Positions 18,640 to 20,000 of a DNA stretch of 20,000 nt are shown piece by piece. The first letter of the stretch is position 1, and each line of letters starts with the position of its first letter. A program made the translations under genes and the position numbers. The notes under the pieces were generated by a model. It was not told where the DNA came from and ran no database searches. It saw only the letters and a list, made by a program, of their open reading frames with translations. The stretch is from Chiloscyllium plagiosum. Taxonomy: Eukaryota. The stretch lies in the NCBI RefSeq assembly GCF_004010195.1, contig NC_057718.1:64773803-64793802 (forward strand), in the 5' to 3' direction.

Positions 18640-18855
18640 AGAAGCAAAACATTGTGGGTGTTGGAAGTCTGAAATAAATGTAGAGATTCTTGAGGAACTC
18701 AATAGTTCTTGCAACATCTGTGGAATTACACTGTACTTGAGACATCAAATCTGTTTCTCTTTTCAGTTACTTTAGAGAGAAAGAGTTAACATCTCATGTT
18801 CAATGTGACTCCACAGATGTTGCCAATTCTACTGAGTTACTCACTGTTCTATTTC
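18640..18855. mobile_element. Decayed Penelope-derived UTR fragments in inverted arrangement
   Basis: ACTCAATAGTTCTTGCAACATCTGTGGA (18697-18724) is inverted as TCCACAGATGTTGCCAATTCTACTGAGT (18810-18837). Confidence 0.5.
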
Positions 18856-19114
18856 TTTCTTGTTATGTTACTTGGCTTAGTGACTGTAATTGATGCAGAT
18901 TCTAATCTGATTCTCGCTGATGGGTTTTTTGACAACTTGAGACCAAAGGGATAAGCTCATGCCTAATTTTCTAATGACAAGGTCACTTTCTTCTGTTTTC
19001 TGACATGAAATGGTATGTGACATGCATGTATTATAGTTCAACTTGCTGTTACCAGTGAAGTGGTCAGGATAGAATTCTAGAATGTTGCTGGTATGTGTAG
19101 TCATGTACATGTCT

Positions 19115-19658
19115 ATCATAGAATCCCTACAGTGTCGAAACAGGCTCTTCAGCACAATAAGTCCACACAAACCCTCTGAAAAGTATCCCACCCAGACCCA
19201 TTCCCCCACCCTATTACTCTACATTTACCCCTGACTAATGCACCCATCCTGGAGACAGTGAGGACTCTAGATGGTGAAGATCAAAGTTGAGAGTGTGTTG
19301 CTGGAAATGCACAGCAGGTCAGGCAGCATGCTTTCCTGATGAAGGACTCCAGCCTGAAACATTGATTTTCCTGCTCCTTGGATAGTGCTTGACCTGCTGT
19401 GCTTTTCCAGCAACACACTCTCAACTAATGCACCTAAGCTATACATCCCTGAACACTATGGGCAATTTAGAATGGCCAATTTACCTAACCTGTACATCCT
19501 TTGAATTGTGAGAGGAAACTGGAGCACCCGGAGGAAACCCACACAGACGTGGGGAGAATGTGCAAACTTCACACAGACAGTCGCCCGAGGCTGGAATTGA
19601 ACTCGGGTTCCTGGTGCTATGAAGCAGCAATGCTAAATGCTGAACTACCGTGCCACCC
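19115..19658 (-). mobile_element. HE1-type V-SINE interrupted by a Penelope-derived insert
   Basis: Tail ATCATAGAATCCCTACAGTG; V-domain GGAGCACCCGGAGGAAACCCACACAGACGTGGGGAGAATGTGCAAACT; B-box reverse complement GGAATTGAACTC. Confidence 0.92.
19251..19426. mobile_element. Fold-back Penelope-derived insert with hammerhead-like core
   Basis: Inverted arms at 19285-19329 and 19383-19426 around CTGATGA-AGGACTCCAGCCT-GAAA (19336-19359). ACTAATGCACC is duplicated at 19234-19244 and 19424-19434. Confidence 0.8.
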
Positions 19659-19727
19659 AACTCTGTCTTGTGTGCAACCTAATAAGGAAGTCATTCTTTA
19701 CATACAACATAGAATCCAATGTTTATT

Positions 19728-20000
19728 CAATAGACAATAGACAATAGGTGCAGGAGTAGGCCATTCTACCCTTCGAGCCTGCACCACCATTCAATATGAT
19801 CATGGCTGATCATCCTTAATCAGTATCCTGTTCCTGCCTTATCTCCATAACCCTTGATTCCACTGTCCTTGAGAACTCTATCCAACTCTTTCTTAAATGA
19901 ACCCAGAGACTGGGCCTCCACTGCCCTCTGGGGAAGAGCATTACACACAGCCACCACTCTCTGCGTGAAGAAGTTTCTCCTCATCTCTGTCCTAAATGGT
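19728..20000 (-). mobile_element. CR1-clade LINE 3' end, running off the window
   Basis: (CAATAGA)n tail, GGAGTAGGCCATTC...TTCGAGCCTGC, and CACCACTCTCTGCGTGAAGAAGTTTCTCCTCATCTC (EMRRNFFTQRVV on minus). Confidence 0.9.

Overview
Repeat-dominated eukaryotic DNA. The repeat content (HE1-type tRNA-derived V-SINEs, CR1/HER1 LINEs, Penelope-like elements) suggests a shark or other elasmobranch; this is an inference from recognised repeat families, not a database match. I found no intact host gene. The window holds a decayed Gypsy pol (RT-RNaseH-integrase, ~2688-4770), several CR1, L2 and Rex1/Babar fragments, four SINE copies and several Penelope-like pieces, four of which carry hammerhead-ribozyme-like cores. 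The most notable structure is two related Gypsy-type LTRs: a remnant ending at 6251 (+) and a solo LTR at 6596-8597 (-) with a CTACT target-site duplication (TSD). Both carry stacked, A-tailed, non-coding inserts at the same homologous TATA-like position, separated by 13-15 bp direct repeats of that site. One A-tail contains an embedded copy of the other LTR's target sequence. Together this suggests a target-specific, promoter-hijacking retroposon system that parasitises the LTR promoter.
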